From Hyphomicrobium sp. (GTDB lineage: Bacteria; Pseudomonadota; Alphaproteobacteria; Rhizobiales; Hyphomicrobiaceae), in NCBI GenBank assembly GCA_031415475.1, contig JANORU010000218.1, positions 1 to 26,662 of the forward strand: a stretch of 26,662 bases of DNA, written 5' to 3'. Numbering within the stretch: the stretch's first letter is position 1; the number at the start of each line of letters is the position of its first letter. The notes beneath the pieces are model-generated. The model worked only from the letters and a program-made list of their open reading frames with translations. It was not told where the DNA came from and made no database searches. Of the stretch, positions 6,798 through 16,628 are shown in pieces. The translations under genes and the position numbers were made by a program.

Positions 6798-9700
6798 CGC
6801 GAACTCTTCTCGCGCGATTGTTTCTCTAGCATCTCCCTCAGAGCCCCGAGGCTGGCAAACGGAGAATCGGCGCTCGATGGGCTGCTTTTCGGAGGCGCCG
6901 CTGAAATCGTCTGCGGTTTCCTGTCGCCGTCGCGAGGCCGGTCGCGGCCGCGATCCCTGTTACGCGGCTGTTCGCCGTCGCGCGCCGGACGCTTGTCGCG
7001 ATCGCCACGATCCCGATTGGGCTGGTGTTCTCGATTGGGTTTGCGGTCTCGATCAAAACGTCGGTCCTTGCGGCCGGGTTCAACCGCTGGCTTTTTGGCC
7101 TCTACATCGCCATCCGCTTTGGCAACCACGGTGCTCTCGGCCGCGGCTGCCTCTTGCTTTGCAGGACGGGGCCGATCGGTGCGCGCACGCTGCTCGTGGC
7201 GCGGCTTGCGGCGATGGTCGGAGCCATGGGGCCGGCGCGGACGCCAGACGTCTTCGTAGTCGACCGCAGCGCCGGCAACGGCAGGCTCCGCAGCCGGCGC
7301 GCCAGCCGCCGCAATCCCGGCCACAACGCTTGCCGCCTCAGCACCATCAGACACACCCTCACTTGTTAGCGATGCGGCGTCGACCGCCGTCTCATCGAGA
7401 GCAACAGCATCGACTTCGGCCGGCTGTTCAGACGCCGCTGTGGGTTCGGCTGAAACCAAAGTCACCTCGGGAGCCAGTTCGGGAGTCACTTCAGGGGCCA
7501 GTTCGAGGGCCAGTGCAGCCGCTGCCGGCTTCGGCCGCCGGTCGAGCCGGAAACCCAGCGCCTTCAGTACCTGGCCTAGTTCGTCCGGCGAGCAACCGAG
7601 GATCGACATCATTTCCGGCGTCTGCAGGAAACCGCCATCGCCGGTCGCGCCGCGCGGCGGCGTCCCGGGCAGGTCCTTGATCTGACGCCAGGCAAGCAGC
7701 GGCCGGATGAGATCGGCAAGCCGCTCCAGCATATCGAAGCGCACCGCCCGCGGGCCGCACAGATGATAGCCGCTCACGCGATAGAACGGCTCTGGTACAG
7801 CCGGATCAGCGCCAACCGATGTGAGGCCCGCGCGCGGCGGATCAGGAATGGCCTGGCCTAACGCCGAAGCCTTTAGTCCCCATAGCGCCACCAGGAGTTC
7901 CGACGCGGCCGGCTTCAGCAGCGGCGGGAAGTAGACATTGAACGCGCCGAAGCGCACGCCGTATTTGCGCAACTGTGCCCGCGCGGGTTGGTCGAGGCTC
8001 TTGAGATCGTCAGCTACCGACTCGCGCTTCAGAACGCCGAAGTTTTCTTTCAGCCTGAATGCAATACCGCGCGCCAGCCCCGTAATGTCCTCGGCCTTCG
8101 AGATTTCAACCAGCGGCTTCAAGCGCTCGTTGACCAAGTCTTCGATCAGCGTCGTCAGCCGGGCTTGCACTTTTTCGCGATCGGTTGCCGACAGATGTTC
8201 ATCCGCGAGCAGGGTCACGGCCGGGCGCAGCGGATCCTCGGAGGCTGCAAGTTTTGCGATCTCCTCGCCCTTCCAGACGATCTCCCCGGTCCGCGTAAGC
8301 TTGAAGGCATCAGTGCCGGCGGCCGCAACCCGGCGTGCCCGCATGCCTAACTCGCGCGACAGCACTTGCGCGGCGGCCCCGCGTGCCGCTTTGCCATGCA
8401 GATCTTCGCTCGCCGTATCGGCTGTGAAGAGAAATCCTTTAAGCCGGCCGACGTAATGCGACTCGACGTTGATCGCGCCGTCTTCGGCGATTTCAGCCGT
8501 AAGCTCTTCTTTGTCTCGCATACCCTTCATCAATGCACTCGTGCGCCGGTCGACAAAACGCTGCGTCAGGCATTCATGCAGCGCGTCCGACAGTTTATCC
8601 TCGATATCCCGGGTCTTCACCTGCCAATGCCCAGGGTCTTTCAGCCAATCGGGACGTTGAGAGACGAACGTCCACGTCCGGATATGCGCCAAGCGGTTCG
8701 ACAAGGTGTCGATGTCGCCATCGGTCCGATCGGCAATCGCGACTTGGCGAGCGAACCAGTCCTCGTCAATGCGGCCATGTGGACCCATCAGGTCCTTGTA
8801 GAGCGTCGAAACCAGCTCGGCGTGGTTCTGCGAGGAAATCTTCCGATAGTCTGGGATCTGGCAGACTTCCCAAAGCCGCATGACGGCTGCCTTGGAGCGG
8901 GCCATGTCACGGATCTCGCTGTCGTCCGAAACCGTTTCAAGGGCAGCCACGTCGTCGGCCATCCGCGCCCGCGTCAGCCGCTCCTCATTGGGAATGTTGC
9001 GCAAACTTTCGCGCAACCGGTCGAGGCTGGCGAAGTCGAGGTCGCGGTTGCGCCACTGCAGCACGCGCACCGGTTCGAACACGTGCTGCTCAAGCCGTTC
9101 GACAAGATCGGCGTCGAGCGCTTCACACGAGCCCGTGACGCCAAACGTGCCGTCGTTCATATGACGGCCGGCGCGGCCGGCGATCTGGGCGATTTCGGAT
9201 GGCGTGAGATTGCGGAAGTTCTGGCCATCGAACTTTCGTACAGCCGAGAACGCCACGTGATCGACGTCGAGATTGAGCCCCATGCCGATGGCGTCGGTCG
9301 CCACCAGAAAATCAACGTCGCCCGCCTGGTAGAGCGCGACCTGGGCATTGCGGGTTCTTGGCGACAGCGCGCCGAGCACGACAGCCGTGCCACCACGCTG
9401 ACGGCGGATCAGTTCGGCAATTGAATAGACTTCGGCCGCCGAGAACGCCACGACGGCCGAGCGTTGCGGCAGCCGCGTGATTTTCTTTTCACCGGCGTAG
9501 GCGAGTTTCGACAGGCGCGGGCGAGAAATAAAGTTGGCACCGGGAATGAGATCGCTGATGGCGCCAGCCATGGTCTGCGCGCCAAGCAGCAGCGTTTCAG
9601 ACCGGCCGCGCGCATTCAGTAGCCGGTCGGTGAACACGTGCCCGCGTTCGGGATCGCTGGCGAGCTGCACTTCGTCGATCGCCAGGAAATCGACATCGAC

Positions 9701-9979
9701 ATCGCGCGGCATGGCTTCAACGGTTGCCACCCAATAGCGGGCCCGCTCCGGCTTGATCTTTTCCTCGCCGGTGATCAAAGCGACCTTGTCGACGCCAACC
9801 CGCTGGGAAATGCGGTCGTAGACCTCGCGCGCCAACAGGCGCAGCGGCAGGCCGATCATGCCGCTTTCGTGGCCGAGCATCCGTTCAATTGCGAGATGCG
9901 TCTTGCCAGTGTTTGTAGGCCCCAGGATCGCAGTGACATTGCGGATCCGGGACTCGAAATCGCTACCCATCGTGCCCAT
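6794..9979 (-). CDS. SF2 helicase, Suv3-like / MgpS-type
   Basis: Motifs GPTNTGKT, DEVQ, ATDAIGMGLN and QIAGRAGR match the Suv3 pattern. It has a long C-terminal low-complexity tail. Start is ATG 9979 or 9970. Confidence 0.92.
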   Translation of the reverse strand: MGTMGSDFESRIRNVTAILGPTNTGKTHLAIERMLGHESGMIGLPLRLLAREVYDRISQRVGVDKVALITGEEKIKPERARYWVATVEAMPRDVDVDFLAIDEVQLASDPERGHVFTDRLLNARGRSETLLLGAQTMAGAISDLIPGANFISRPRLSKLAYAGEKKITRLPQRSAVVAFSAAEVYSIAELIRRQRGGTAVVLGALSPRTRNAQVALYQAGDVDFLVATDAIGMGLNLDVDHVAFSAVRKFDGQNFRNLTPSEIAQIAGRAGRHMNDGTFGVTGSCEALDADLVERLEQHVFEPVRVLQWRNRDLDFASLDRLRESLRNIPNEERLTRARMADDVAALETVSDDSEIRDMARSKAAVMRLWEVCQIPDYRKISSQNHAELVSTLYKDLMGPHGRIDEDWFARQVAIADRTDGDIDTLSNRLAHIRTWTFVSQRPDWLKDPGHWQVKTRDIEDKLSDALHECLTQRFVDRRTSALMKGMRDKEELTAEIAEDGAINVESHYVGRLKGFLFTADTASEDLHGKAARGAAAQVLSRELGMRARRVAAAGTDAFKLTRTGEIVWKGEEIAKLAASEDPLRPAVTLLADEHLSATDREKVQARLTTLIEDLVNERLKPLVEISKAEDITGLARGIAFRLKENFGVLKRESVADDLKSLDQPARAQLRKYGVRFGAFNVYFPPLLKPAASELLVALWGLKASALGQAIPDPPRAGLTSVGADPAVPEPFYRVSGYHLCGPRAVRFDMLERLADLIRPLLAWRQIKDLPGTPPRGATGDGGFLQTPEMMSILGCSPDELGQVLKALGFRLDRRPKPAAAALALELAPEVTPELAPEVTLVSAEPTAASEQPAEVDAVALDETAVDAASLTSEGVSDGAEAASVVAGIAAAGAPAAEPAVAGAAVDYEDVWRPRRPHGSDHRRKPRHEQRARTDRPRPAKQEAAAAESTVVAKADGDVEAKKPAVEPGRKDRRFDRDRKPNREHQPNRDRGDRDKRPARDGEQPRNRDRGRDRPRDGDRKPQTISAAPPKSSPSSADSPFASLGALREMLEKQSREKSSR

Positions 9980-10070
9980 CGGCCCTCTGCACCCTCATTG
10001 AAGAAGGCAGGTGGCCCTTGGCATTGCACCGCAGGCGGGCGAGATCAAGAATTTCTTGCGGATCAGCCGG

Positions 10071-10107
10071 AAAACGAAAACTCCGCGGCTCTTGTCGAGC
10101 CACGGAG
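10071..10107 (-). terminator. Intrinsic terminator downstream of the DUF3108 gene
   Basis: Minus strand CTCCGTGGCTC-gacaa-GAGCCGCGGAG (11-bp stem with one G.U) followed by TTTTCGTTTT, 25 nt after the stop. Confidence 0.8.
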
Positions 10108-10131
10108 AAATTCTTTCGCCGAAAGTATTGC

Positions 10132-11004
10132 TTAGTCGACCGACGCAACCTGACCCGCAGCCGGATTGCGGATTTCGATGCGGGTGGCTTCAATGGTGAC
10201 CGTGCCAGCAATCGTCGGCAGGTTGACCCGGTAGGGCACGACAAGGCCGGCACCGGGAATGGTGCGGAAGGCAATTTCGATGCCGGAATTTTCCTTCAAG
10301 GCCTGCGTATCGCCATTGTCGCGATAGCCGCCGACCGGCGCGTATGTTGCCCGGCAGACGATGCCGTCATCGGTGCCGCCATTGGCGCGGGCTCCGGCAA
10401 TCGGCTCCTTATAGGCGAACACGAGGCCGAGATCGAAGCGCTGTATCCCATCAAACACCGCGAACTTGCGGCCGCACGGGCCCTTGCCCGTCGCCCGCGT
10501 GACCGCCAAAATGGTGGTCAGCGGATCAAGCACGGATTTGACGTGCGGCGCCTTCAACGGCACAAAATCGTCGGTCATGGCAATCTGCGGATCAACCGTC
10601 AGCTCGGTCACGCTGCCATCGGTGAAGCCCATGCGCACATCGCCGGACTTGGCACTGCTTTCGAAATTGAACTGATAGCGTGCCGGCTTCGGCCCAGAAC
10701 TCGTGAGCCGGCCCGACGATTTGGTGACGCCATGCCAATGGAAAGCGCCAAGGAGTGCTGAAACTTCAACATCGGTCTCGATTTTGTAGTTCGAAGCAGA
10801 CACGTCCGCGCCGTACTTGGCAGTGCCGATGTCAAAGCCGTTGAAGGTGATCTTGTAAGCAGCCGTCAGCCCGCTTGCGACCGGATTGGCGGCGGCCACA
10901 TGGCCGGCAGGCGATATCACCGAGGTCGCCAGGAGTGCGACGGCCGAGGCCAATAGCCACGACCGGCCCTTGAATTGGGGTAAATTAGACATCACAAACG
11001 CCAC
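10132..11004 (-). CDS. DUF3108-like exported beta-rich protein
   Basis: Signal-peptide-like N-terminus (RSWLLASAVALLATSVISPAGHVAAA), beta-strand-rich body with LDPLT and VFDG..RFDL motifs, and the usual position next to rpmB as I recall it. Start is GTG 11004 or ATG 10992. Confidence 0.75.
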   Translation of the reverse strand: MAFVMSNLPQFKGRSWLLASAVALLATSVISPAGHVAAANPVASGLTAAYKITFNGFDIGTAKYGADVSASNYKIETDVEVSALLGAFHWHGVTKSSGRLTSSGPKPARYQFNFESSAKSGDVRMGFTDGSVTELTVDPQIAMTDDFVPLKAPHVKSVLDPLTTILAVTRATGKGPCGRKFAVFDGIQRFDLGLVFAYKEPIAGARANGGTDDGIVCRATYAPVGGYRDNGDTQALKENSGIEIAFRTIPGAGLVVPYRVNLPTIAGTVTIEATRIEIRNPAAGQVASVD

Positions 11005-11234
11005 TCCAACGCCACTTACGACACAACCAACACTGCGGCGGCCGGGTTGCCTTTCGGGCTAGTCCCGTTCACACGCTCAAACCCGATGGTCGGGCCAAAG
11101 CATGAAAAATGCGTTGAGAACTGCCCCATTGCGGAACTTTTTGCCACTTTGTGGCTCCTGGGCCGGGGCTGGCTTAGTGGGCTTGATACGTTCAGATACC
11201 GCTGCGGCGCCGGGTCTTTGAGGGGTCCGGCGGC

Positions 11235-11264
11235 TTGACGCTGGCTGGGGGGGTCAAGTATAGA
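11235..11264 (+). promoter_or_regulatory. Candidate sigma70 promoter for rpmB
   Basis: TTGACG (11235-11240), 18 nt, then TATAGA (11259-11264); it overlaps a CTTGAC/GTCAAG inverted repeat. Confidence 0.55.
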
Positions 11265-11392
11265 GCCCGGGATTGCCCCGCTGGCGTGATCTGGCGGGGC
11301 TTACCTTTTTATCGAGATCCAAACGGGTCAGCCGGCGCGCTGAAGGTACCAAGTCGACGGTATCAAGGCTGCTGCGGCCAGGGAGATGTGAC

Positions 11393-11683
11393 ATGACACG
11401 GCGCTGCGAACTTTCGGGCAAGACCAATCTGTCCGGCCACTTGAAGAGCCATGCCGAGAACAAGACCAAACGGAAGTTCCGCCCCAACCTCGTCAACGTG
11501 ACGCTGATCAGCGAAGCGCTCGACAAGAGTGTCAAGCTGCGCATCTGCGCCAACGCGCTCAAGACGGTCGAGCATCGCGGCGGTCTGGACGCTTACCTGC
11601 TGAAGGCCCACGATAGCGACCTATCGGCTGCGTGCCTGAAGCTGAAGCGCGATCTCGTGAAGAGCAAGGCCGCTGCTGCCTAA
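11393..11683 (+). CDS. rpmB: 50S ribosomal protein L28
   Basis: [10 protein letters not shown]...[23 protein letters not shown]...[30 protein letters not shown] precedes ATG 11393; the ORF-track start at 11273 is too far upstream. Confidence 0.96.
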   Translation: MTRRCELSGKTNLSGHLKSHAENKTKRKFRPNLVNVTLISEALDKSVKLRICANALKTVEHRGGLDAYLLKAHDSDLSAACLKLKRDLVKSKAAAA

Positions 11684-11710
11684 TCGGCGAAGCAGCGAAC
11701 TTTGAAATTC

Positions 11711-11744
11711 AAAAACGCAGGCTTAAAGCCTGCGTTTTTTATTT
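11711..11744. terminator. Bidirectional intrinsic terminator between rpmB and the phytase-like gene
   Basis: AAAAACGCAGGCT-taa-AGCCTGCGTTTTT perfect inverted repeat with A-tract before and T-tract after. Confidence 0.9.
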
Positions 11745-12845
11745 GCGCACGTGGCGGGCGGTAACCGGCAAGGCAAACTGCAGCATGATCGTGCGCTGGA
11801 TCAGCCAATTAAAATTATCATCCGAGATCAGCGTCAGCCGCGTCTCGCCCGTCGCGTCCGTGTGAATGGCGAGGCCCTCCATATTGTCGATCTCGTGTTC
11901 GAGGCCGGCGTCGAGCAGAACGTCACCCTTGAGCACGGCACCCGGCTTGATATCGGCCGCAGCGAACCGGCGTAGCCGCATGCGCACACCTTCGGTCCAG
12001 TTAAAGCTGCGCTCCAGGATGACCAACCCACCATCGGGCAAGCTGGCGGCATCGGTGATACCGAACTTGCCCTGGCTCTCCACCGACAAGCGTTGCGGCT
12101 TGCCGCCAGTCCAAATCCAGCCCGCATAGTCTTTCTCGCGCTTCAAGGGATGCTCGGCAAATCCAACGAGCGATCCGGCGCGCGGGCCGCCCTTCAGGAC
12201 TGCCAGCGCCTCCAAGCCATCGCGGCGCATGGATTTGGTTTCGGCCGGCATCGGTAGATAACTCGCAGGCGAAGCCAAATCCTGGCCATCGAAGCGGAAC
12301 TCTCCGATCCGGTCGTTATGCTCGAACGCCATGTACAGCGTGCCCTTGGCGAGTGTGCCGCTGGCCAGGGCCACCGCCTCGGCGTCGCGGTCGCGGTTCT
12401 TTTTGAGATTTGCCCCATCTTTGGCGCGAATGGCACCGAGCCGGGCATTGCCGATGCCGTTCAGGCCGTTGTCGCGATAAACGAGATTGGCGGCGAGCCA
12501 GGCGCCGGCGTCCGACACGGCGAAAAAGTTCTGACCATCGGCATCAATGGCCAAGCCTGACCAACCGCCAAAGTTTTTCGCGGACGAGGAGACCACCAAC
12601 CCACCGCGCCATTCGAGCTTGCCGAAGGTCTTGACTGAGGCATTCGATTTATCAAAACCGGGGATCGCTTGAACCGAAACATCGATAGCCGACGCTGACA
12701 GACCGGCCGTCGATGGCTTCATCAAGCCACCGAAGGCGAGACCGGCCGACAGGATCGATGTCAGAAAAACGACACTCCACACTCGCTTTCGTCCGCGCGG
12801 CCGCGGCGATGGCTGTATGTCGGTCGCATCGCGCATGGGCCTCAC
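11739..12845 (-). CDS. Esterase-like activity of phytase family protein (beta-propeller-like), N-terminal membrane anchor/signal
   Basis: FGGWSGL, AVSDAG, DAEAV, DGLEAL, LER, DNMEGL and LISDDNF motifs; hydrophobic segment VWSVVFLTSILSAGLAFGGL. Confidence 0.85.
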   Translation of the reverse strand: MRPMRDATDIQPSPRPRGRKRVWSVVFLTSILSAGLAFGGLMKPSTAGLSASAIDVSVQAIPGFDKSNASVKTFGKLEWRGGLVVSSSAKNFGGWSGLAIDADGQNFFAVSDAGAWLAANLVYRDNGLNGIGNARLGAIRAKDGANLKKNRDRDAEAVALASGTLAKGTLYMAFEHNDRIGEFRFDGQDLASPASYLPMPAETKSMRRDGLEALAVLKGGPRAGSLVGFAEHPLKREKDYAGWIWTGGKPQRLSVESQGKFGITDAASLPDGGLVILERSFNWTEGVRMRLRRFAAADIKPGAVLKGDVLLDAGLEHEIDNMEGLAIHTDATGETRLTLISDDNFNWLIQRTIMLQFALPVTARHVRK

Positions 12846-12857
12846 CTTGGCTTGACG

Positions 12858-14756
12858 TTAGTGTAACGACCGCCGCGCTTTCGCTGCCCGCCGCACCCGT
12901 TGGGGAGACTTCAGCGCCGTTGGCTTCTCTTCAAACAACTCGACCAGCTTTTCGGTCATCGCACCAGCCAGTTCCGAAGCGTCTGTGATGGTCACCGCAC
13001 GGCGATAGTAGCGTGTCACGTCGTGGCCGATGCCAATGGCGATCAGTTCGACCGGCGAACGCGTCTCGATTTCCTCGATCACCTGGCGCAAGTGATGCTC
13101 CAGATAGCTGCCCGAATTGACCGATAAGGTTGAATCGTCGACCGGCGCGCCATCGGAGATCATCATCAGAATGCGGCGCTGCTCGGGCCGCGCCATCAAC
13201 CGTCGATAGGCCCAGGCGAGCGCTTCGCCGTCGATGTTTTCCTTCAACAGCCCTTCGCGCATCATCAAAGCGAGCGAGCGCTTGGCCCGCCGCCACGGTG
13301 CATCGGCCGTTTTATAGATGATATGGCGGAGATCGTTGAGCCGGCCCGGATCGCCCGGCTTGCCCTGCTGCAACCAGCGCTCGCGCGCCTGCCCGCCTTT
13401 CCACGCCCGCGTCGTGAAGCCCAAAATCTCGACTTTGACCCCGCAACGTTCGAGCGTGCGGGCAAGAATATCGGCGCAGCACGCCGCCACCATGATCGGC
13501 CGGCCGCGCATTGAGCCTGAATTGTCGAGCAAAAGCGTGACGACCGTGTCGCGGAAATCGGTGTCGCGTTCGCGCTTGAACGACAACGGTTGCATGGGAT
13601 CGGTGACGATACGGGTCAGCCGCGCGGCGTCGAGTACGCCTTCCTCGATGTCGAAGTCCCAGGCGCGGCTTTGCTGCGCCAACAAGCGGCGCTGCAAGCG
13701 GTTGGCGAGCCGCGCCACGGCGCTTGCCAGCACCTTCAATTCCTTGTCGAGGAAGGCCCGGAGCCTATCAAGCTCATCGGTGGTCGAGAGCGCTTCGGCC
13801 TCGACCTCCTCGTCGAATTCACGAGTGTAAATCTTGTAGCCAAAACTTTCAGGCTGATCGAGCACGTTGAGGTTGGGACGCCACGGTTCAGTCGGATCCG
13901 TTTCGGCTTCGCCATCGGACTCGACTTCGGTATCCTGCGCGTCCGAGCGCTCGGCGGCCTCGGCGGCGTCGCCATCTTCGCTCTCGGAGGTGTCCTGATC
14001 AGGTGCAGCGTCGTCGCCATCGGACGCTTGGTCTTCGCCCTCCTCGTTCTCTTCGCCACCTTGCGGTTGGTTTTCGGGGTCTTCTTCGCTCTCCTCATTT
14101 TCGCCCTGGCTGTGCGCGTCGGCGAGTTCGAGAACCCGCAACAGATCGCGCACTTGCCGGCCGAACTCGACCTGATCGGTGACCGCCGCGTCCATGCGCT
14201 TCAAAACCGCGCCGCACTGCTTTTCGAGAACCGGCCGCCAGATGTCGACCAGCGCCTTGGCCGATGCCGGCGGCGGGCTGCCCGTTAAACGCTCGCGTAC
14301 GAGAAGGGCCAGCGCTTCGTCGAGCGGCGCGTCGTCCTTGGAGGTCACGTCGGCGAACTTGCCGTGCGCATAATAGTCCTCGCATTTGGCGGCGAGGTTT
14401 TGCGCCATGCCGTCCATGCGGTTGGCGCCGATCGCCTCGACGCGGGCCCGTTCGACCGCCTCGAAGACCGCGCGCGCGTCGCCCGCTGCCGGGGCCAAGC
14501 GGCGATGGACCTTTTCATCATGACATGCGGCGGTCAGCGCTAAGCTATCGGCCCAGCCGCGCACGACGGCCACTTCGCGCGGTGTCGGCACGCGCGACGG
14601 CTGCGGAATAGTGATGTGATTGCCCTCGACGCTCGGCCGGGCCGGCGAAAAATCGACCTCGATCTCGTGATTGCCGGCAATTGCCCGGACAGCGACGGAG
14701 ATCGCCCGCTTCAAGGGTTCGGACGGCGTCTCTTTTCGTTTCGGAGGTATCGTCAT
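12858..14756 (-). CDS. cobT: Cobaltochelatase subunit CobT (vWA domain)
   Basis: N-terminal RGWADSLAL...[14 protein letters not shown], acidic linker, [24 protein letters not shown] and ISDGAP; directly downstream of cobS. Confidence 0.93.
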   Translation of the reverse strand: MTIPPKRKETPSEPLKRAISVAVRAIAGNHEIEVDFSPARPSVEGNHITIPQPSRVPTPREVAVVRGWADSLALTAACHDEKVHRRLAPAAGDARAVFEAVERARVEAIGANRMDGMAQNLAAKCEDYYAHGKFADVTSKDDAPLDEALALLVRERLTGSPPPASAKALVDIWRPVLEKQCGAVLKRMDAAVTDQVEFGRQVRDLLRVLELADAHSQGENEESEEDPENQPQGGEENEEGEDQASDGDDAAPDQDTSESEDGDAAEAAERSDAQDTEVESDGEAETDPTEPWRPNLNVLDQPESFGYKIYTREFDEEVEAEALSTTDELDRLRAFLDKELKVLASAVARLANRLQRRLLAQQSRAWDFDIEEGVLDAARLTRIVTDPMQPLSFKRERDTDFRDTVVTLLLDNSGSMRGRPIMVAACCADILARTLERCGVKVEILGFTTRAWKGGQARERWLQQGKPGDPGRLNDLRHIIYKTADAPWRRAKRSLALMMREGLLKENIDGEALAWAYRRLMARPEQRRILMMISDGAPVDDSTLSVNSGSYLEHHLRQVIEEIETRSPVELIAIGIGHDVTRYYRRAVTITDASELAGAMTEKLVELFEEKPTALKSPQRVRRAAKARRSLH

Positions 14757-14775
14757 CGGGCCCTGCTGCCAGCCC

Positions 14776-15774
14776 TCAACTCAATGCCACGTTGGCGGCG
14801 CTTTCGGGCAGGTCTTCACCGAATGAGCGCTGATAGAATTCGGCAACCAGCGGCCGTTCAAGTTCATCGCATTTGTTGAGGAACGTGAGGCGGAACGCGA
14901 AGCCGATATTGCCGAAAATGTCCGCATTCTCGGCCCAGGTGATGACCGTGCGCGGGCTCATGACGGTCGAGATATCGCCGTTGATGAAGGCTTGCCGCGT
15001 GAGATCGGCGACGCGCACCATGCTTGAGACCTGCTTGCGCTTGGCTTCGGTCTTAGCGAACGACTTGACCTTCTGCAGCACGATGCGCGTTTCATCGTCG
15101 TGCGGCAGATAGTTGAGCGTGGCGACGATCGACCAGCGGTCCATCTGGCCCTGGTTGATCTGCTGCGTGCCGTGATAGAGCCCCGAGGTATCGCCCAGGC
15201 CGATGGTGTTGGTTGTCGCAAACAACCGGAACGCCGGATGCGGCCGGATGACCTTTGACTGATCAAGCAACGTCAGCCGGCCCGAGACTTCGAGCACGCG
15301 CTGGATGACGAACATCACGTCCGGCCGGCCGGCATCGTATTCGTCAAACACCAGAGCGGTATTCGACTGCAGGCAATACGGCAGAATGCCTTCCTTGAAT
15401 TCAGTGACCTGCTTGCCGTCCTTCAGGACGATGGCATCCTTGCCGACAAGATCGATACGCGACACATGGCTGTCGAGGTTGACGCGAATGCACGGCCAAT
15501 TGAGGCGTGCTGCCACTTGTTCGATATGGGTCGACTTGCCGGTTCCATGGTAACCCTGAATAATCACACGCCGGTTGTGTTTAAAGCCGGCAAGAATGGC
15601 GAGCGTAACGTCGTGGTTGAACAGATAATCCGGATCGAGATCGGGAACATGCTCGTTGGCCTTGGCATAGGCCGGTACTTCAAGATCGCTATCGATACTG
15701 AACAGTTGGCGCACCGACACTTTCATGTCCGGCAGGCCTTGGGCAGCGGTTCCCGGTGACGTCGAAGCGGCCAT
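14776..15774 (-). CDS. cobS: Cobaltochelatase subunit CobS (MoxR-like AAA+ ATPase)
   Basis: Walker [10 protein letters not shown], Walker [23 protein letters not shown] and MSPRTV; N-terminal [11 protein letters not shown]. Confidence 0.95.
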   Translation of the reverse strand: MAASTSPGTAAQGLPDMKVSVRQLFSIDSDLEVPAYAKANEHVPDLDPDYLFNHDVTLAILAGFKHNRRVIIQGYHGTGKSTHIEQVAARLNWPCIRVNLDSHVSRIDLVGKDAIVLKDGKQVTEFKEGILPYCLQSNTALVFDEYDAGRPDVMFVIQRVLEVSGRLTLLDQSKVIRPHPAFRLFATTNTIGLGDTSGLYHGTQQINQGQMDRWSIVATLNYLPHDDETRIVLQKVKSFAKTEAKRKQVSSMVRVADLTRQAFINGDISTVMSPRTVITWAENADIFGNIGFAFRLTFLNKCDELERPLVAEFYQRSFGEDLPESAANVALS

Positions 15775-15878
15775 GTCGTTTCCCTATAGCCCCGTTCCGT
15801 GGAGCCGTTTGCTGCGGCACGTCGCGGACCGGCGCGCCCGCGGTGATCTAAGGCTAAGGGAACGTCGCTGACGCGCGA

Positions 15879-16511
15879 TCAGACCAGCCCCGCCTGTTTG
15901 AGATAATTATAGGCCTGGATAATCTCGCGCAACCGTTCCTCGGAGCGCGTATCGCCGCCGTTGGCGTCGGGATGATGGCGCTTCACCAGATCCTTAAAGC
16001 GGGCCTTGATCTCGTCTTTGCCAGCTCCTGGCTCCAATTCCAGCGTCTGCATGGCCTTTTTCTCGAGCGGCCGGAACTGGCGGCGAGACTCGACCGGCTG
16101 GGACCGGGCCTGCTTGGCGCGCCACGCAAAATAGGCCGCACTGTCATTGCCAGCGGCACTGCCCGCATCCTCGCCGCCTTCTTTCTTATGGCGTGTGCCA
16201 TGGGCCCAGGAATTAGCACCGACCTTCCAGGTCGGGCGGTGACCTGTGGCGGCATCCTTGACGAAATCGGCGACCTGGCCGTCGTTCATGCCATCGAAGT
16301 AGTTGTAGGATGCGTTGTATTCGCGCACGTGGTCGGTGCAGAACATAAAGAACTCGCCGTCGTGACCACGGCCCTTGGGCGCGCGGTGGCCAGCCGGCTT
16401 GTCGCAACCCTGCCATTGGCACATGGGTTGCCGCTTCTTCTTCTCGTCCTCCGCACGCTTGCGATTAGTGCCAACGCGGATGGAGTCGAAAAATTTTGAT
16501 TCGAGTTTCAT
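15879..16511 (-). CDS. J-domain (DnaJ-like) protein with N-terminal Cys/His motif and C-terminal J domain
   Basis: LVKRHHPDANGGD (HPD motif) near the C-terminus; N-terminal CQWQGC...FCTDH. ATG 16511 (MKLESKFFDSIRV) is preferred over 16724, which would overlap bolA. Confidence 0.9.
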   Translation of the reverse strand: MKLESKFFDSIRVGTNRKRAEDEKKKRQPMCQWQGCDKPAGHRAPKGRGHDGEFFMFCTDHVREYNASYNYFDGMNDGQVADFVKDAATGHRPTWKVGANSWAHGTRHKKEGGEDAGSAAGNDSAAYFAWRAKQARSQPVESRRQFRPLEKKAMQTLELEPGAGKDEIKARFKDLVKRHHPDANGGDTRSEERLREIIQAYNYLKQAGLV

Positions 16512-16628
16512 GGGGCATCGACTATGATGAAATGCGGCGCCCGGTGCAAGCGGCGAAGCGTAGCGTTCGGTTCGTGGTTGCGTTACACTTAAGATAGTTT
16601 TGCCAATTTGCCGGGAGACGCTCACACC

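Noticed and set aside
11273-11392. Extended L28 ORF or a leader peptide
   Set aside because: L28 homology starts at MTRRC with a good RBS; the upstream TTG frame is better explained as UTR.
13870-14110. Acidic low-complexity stretch in cobT
   Set aside because: This is a normal CobT linker between the N-terminal and vWA domains.
15775-15878. Possible cobalamin riboswitch upstream of cobS
   Set aside because: The gap is only ~104 bp and I see no B12-box or conserved riboswitch core.
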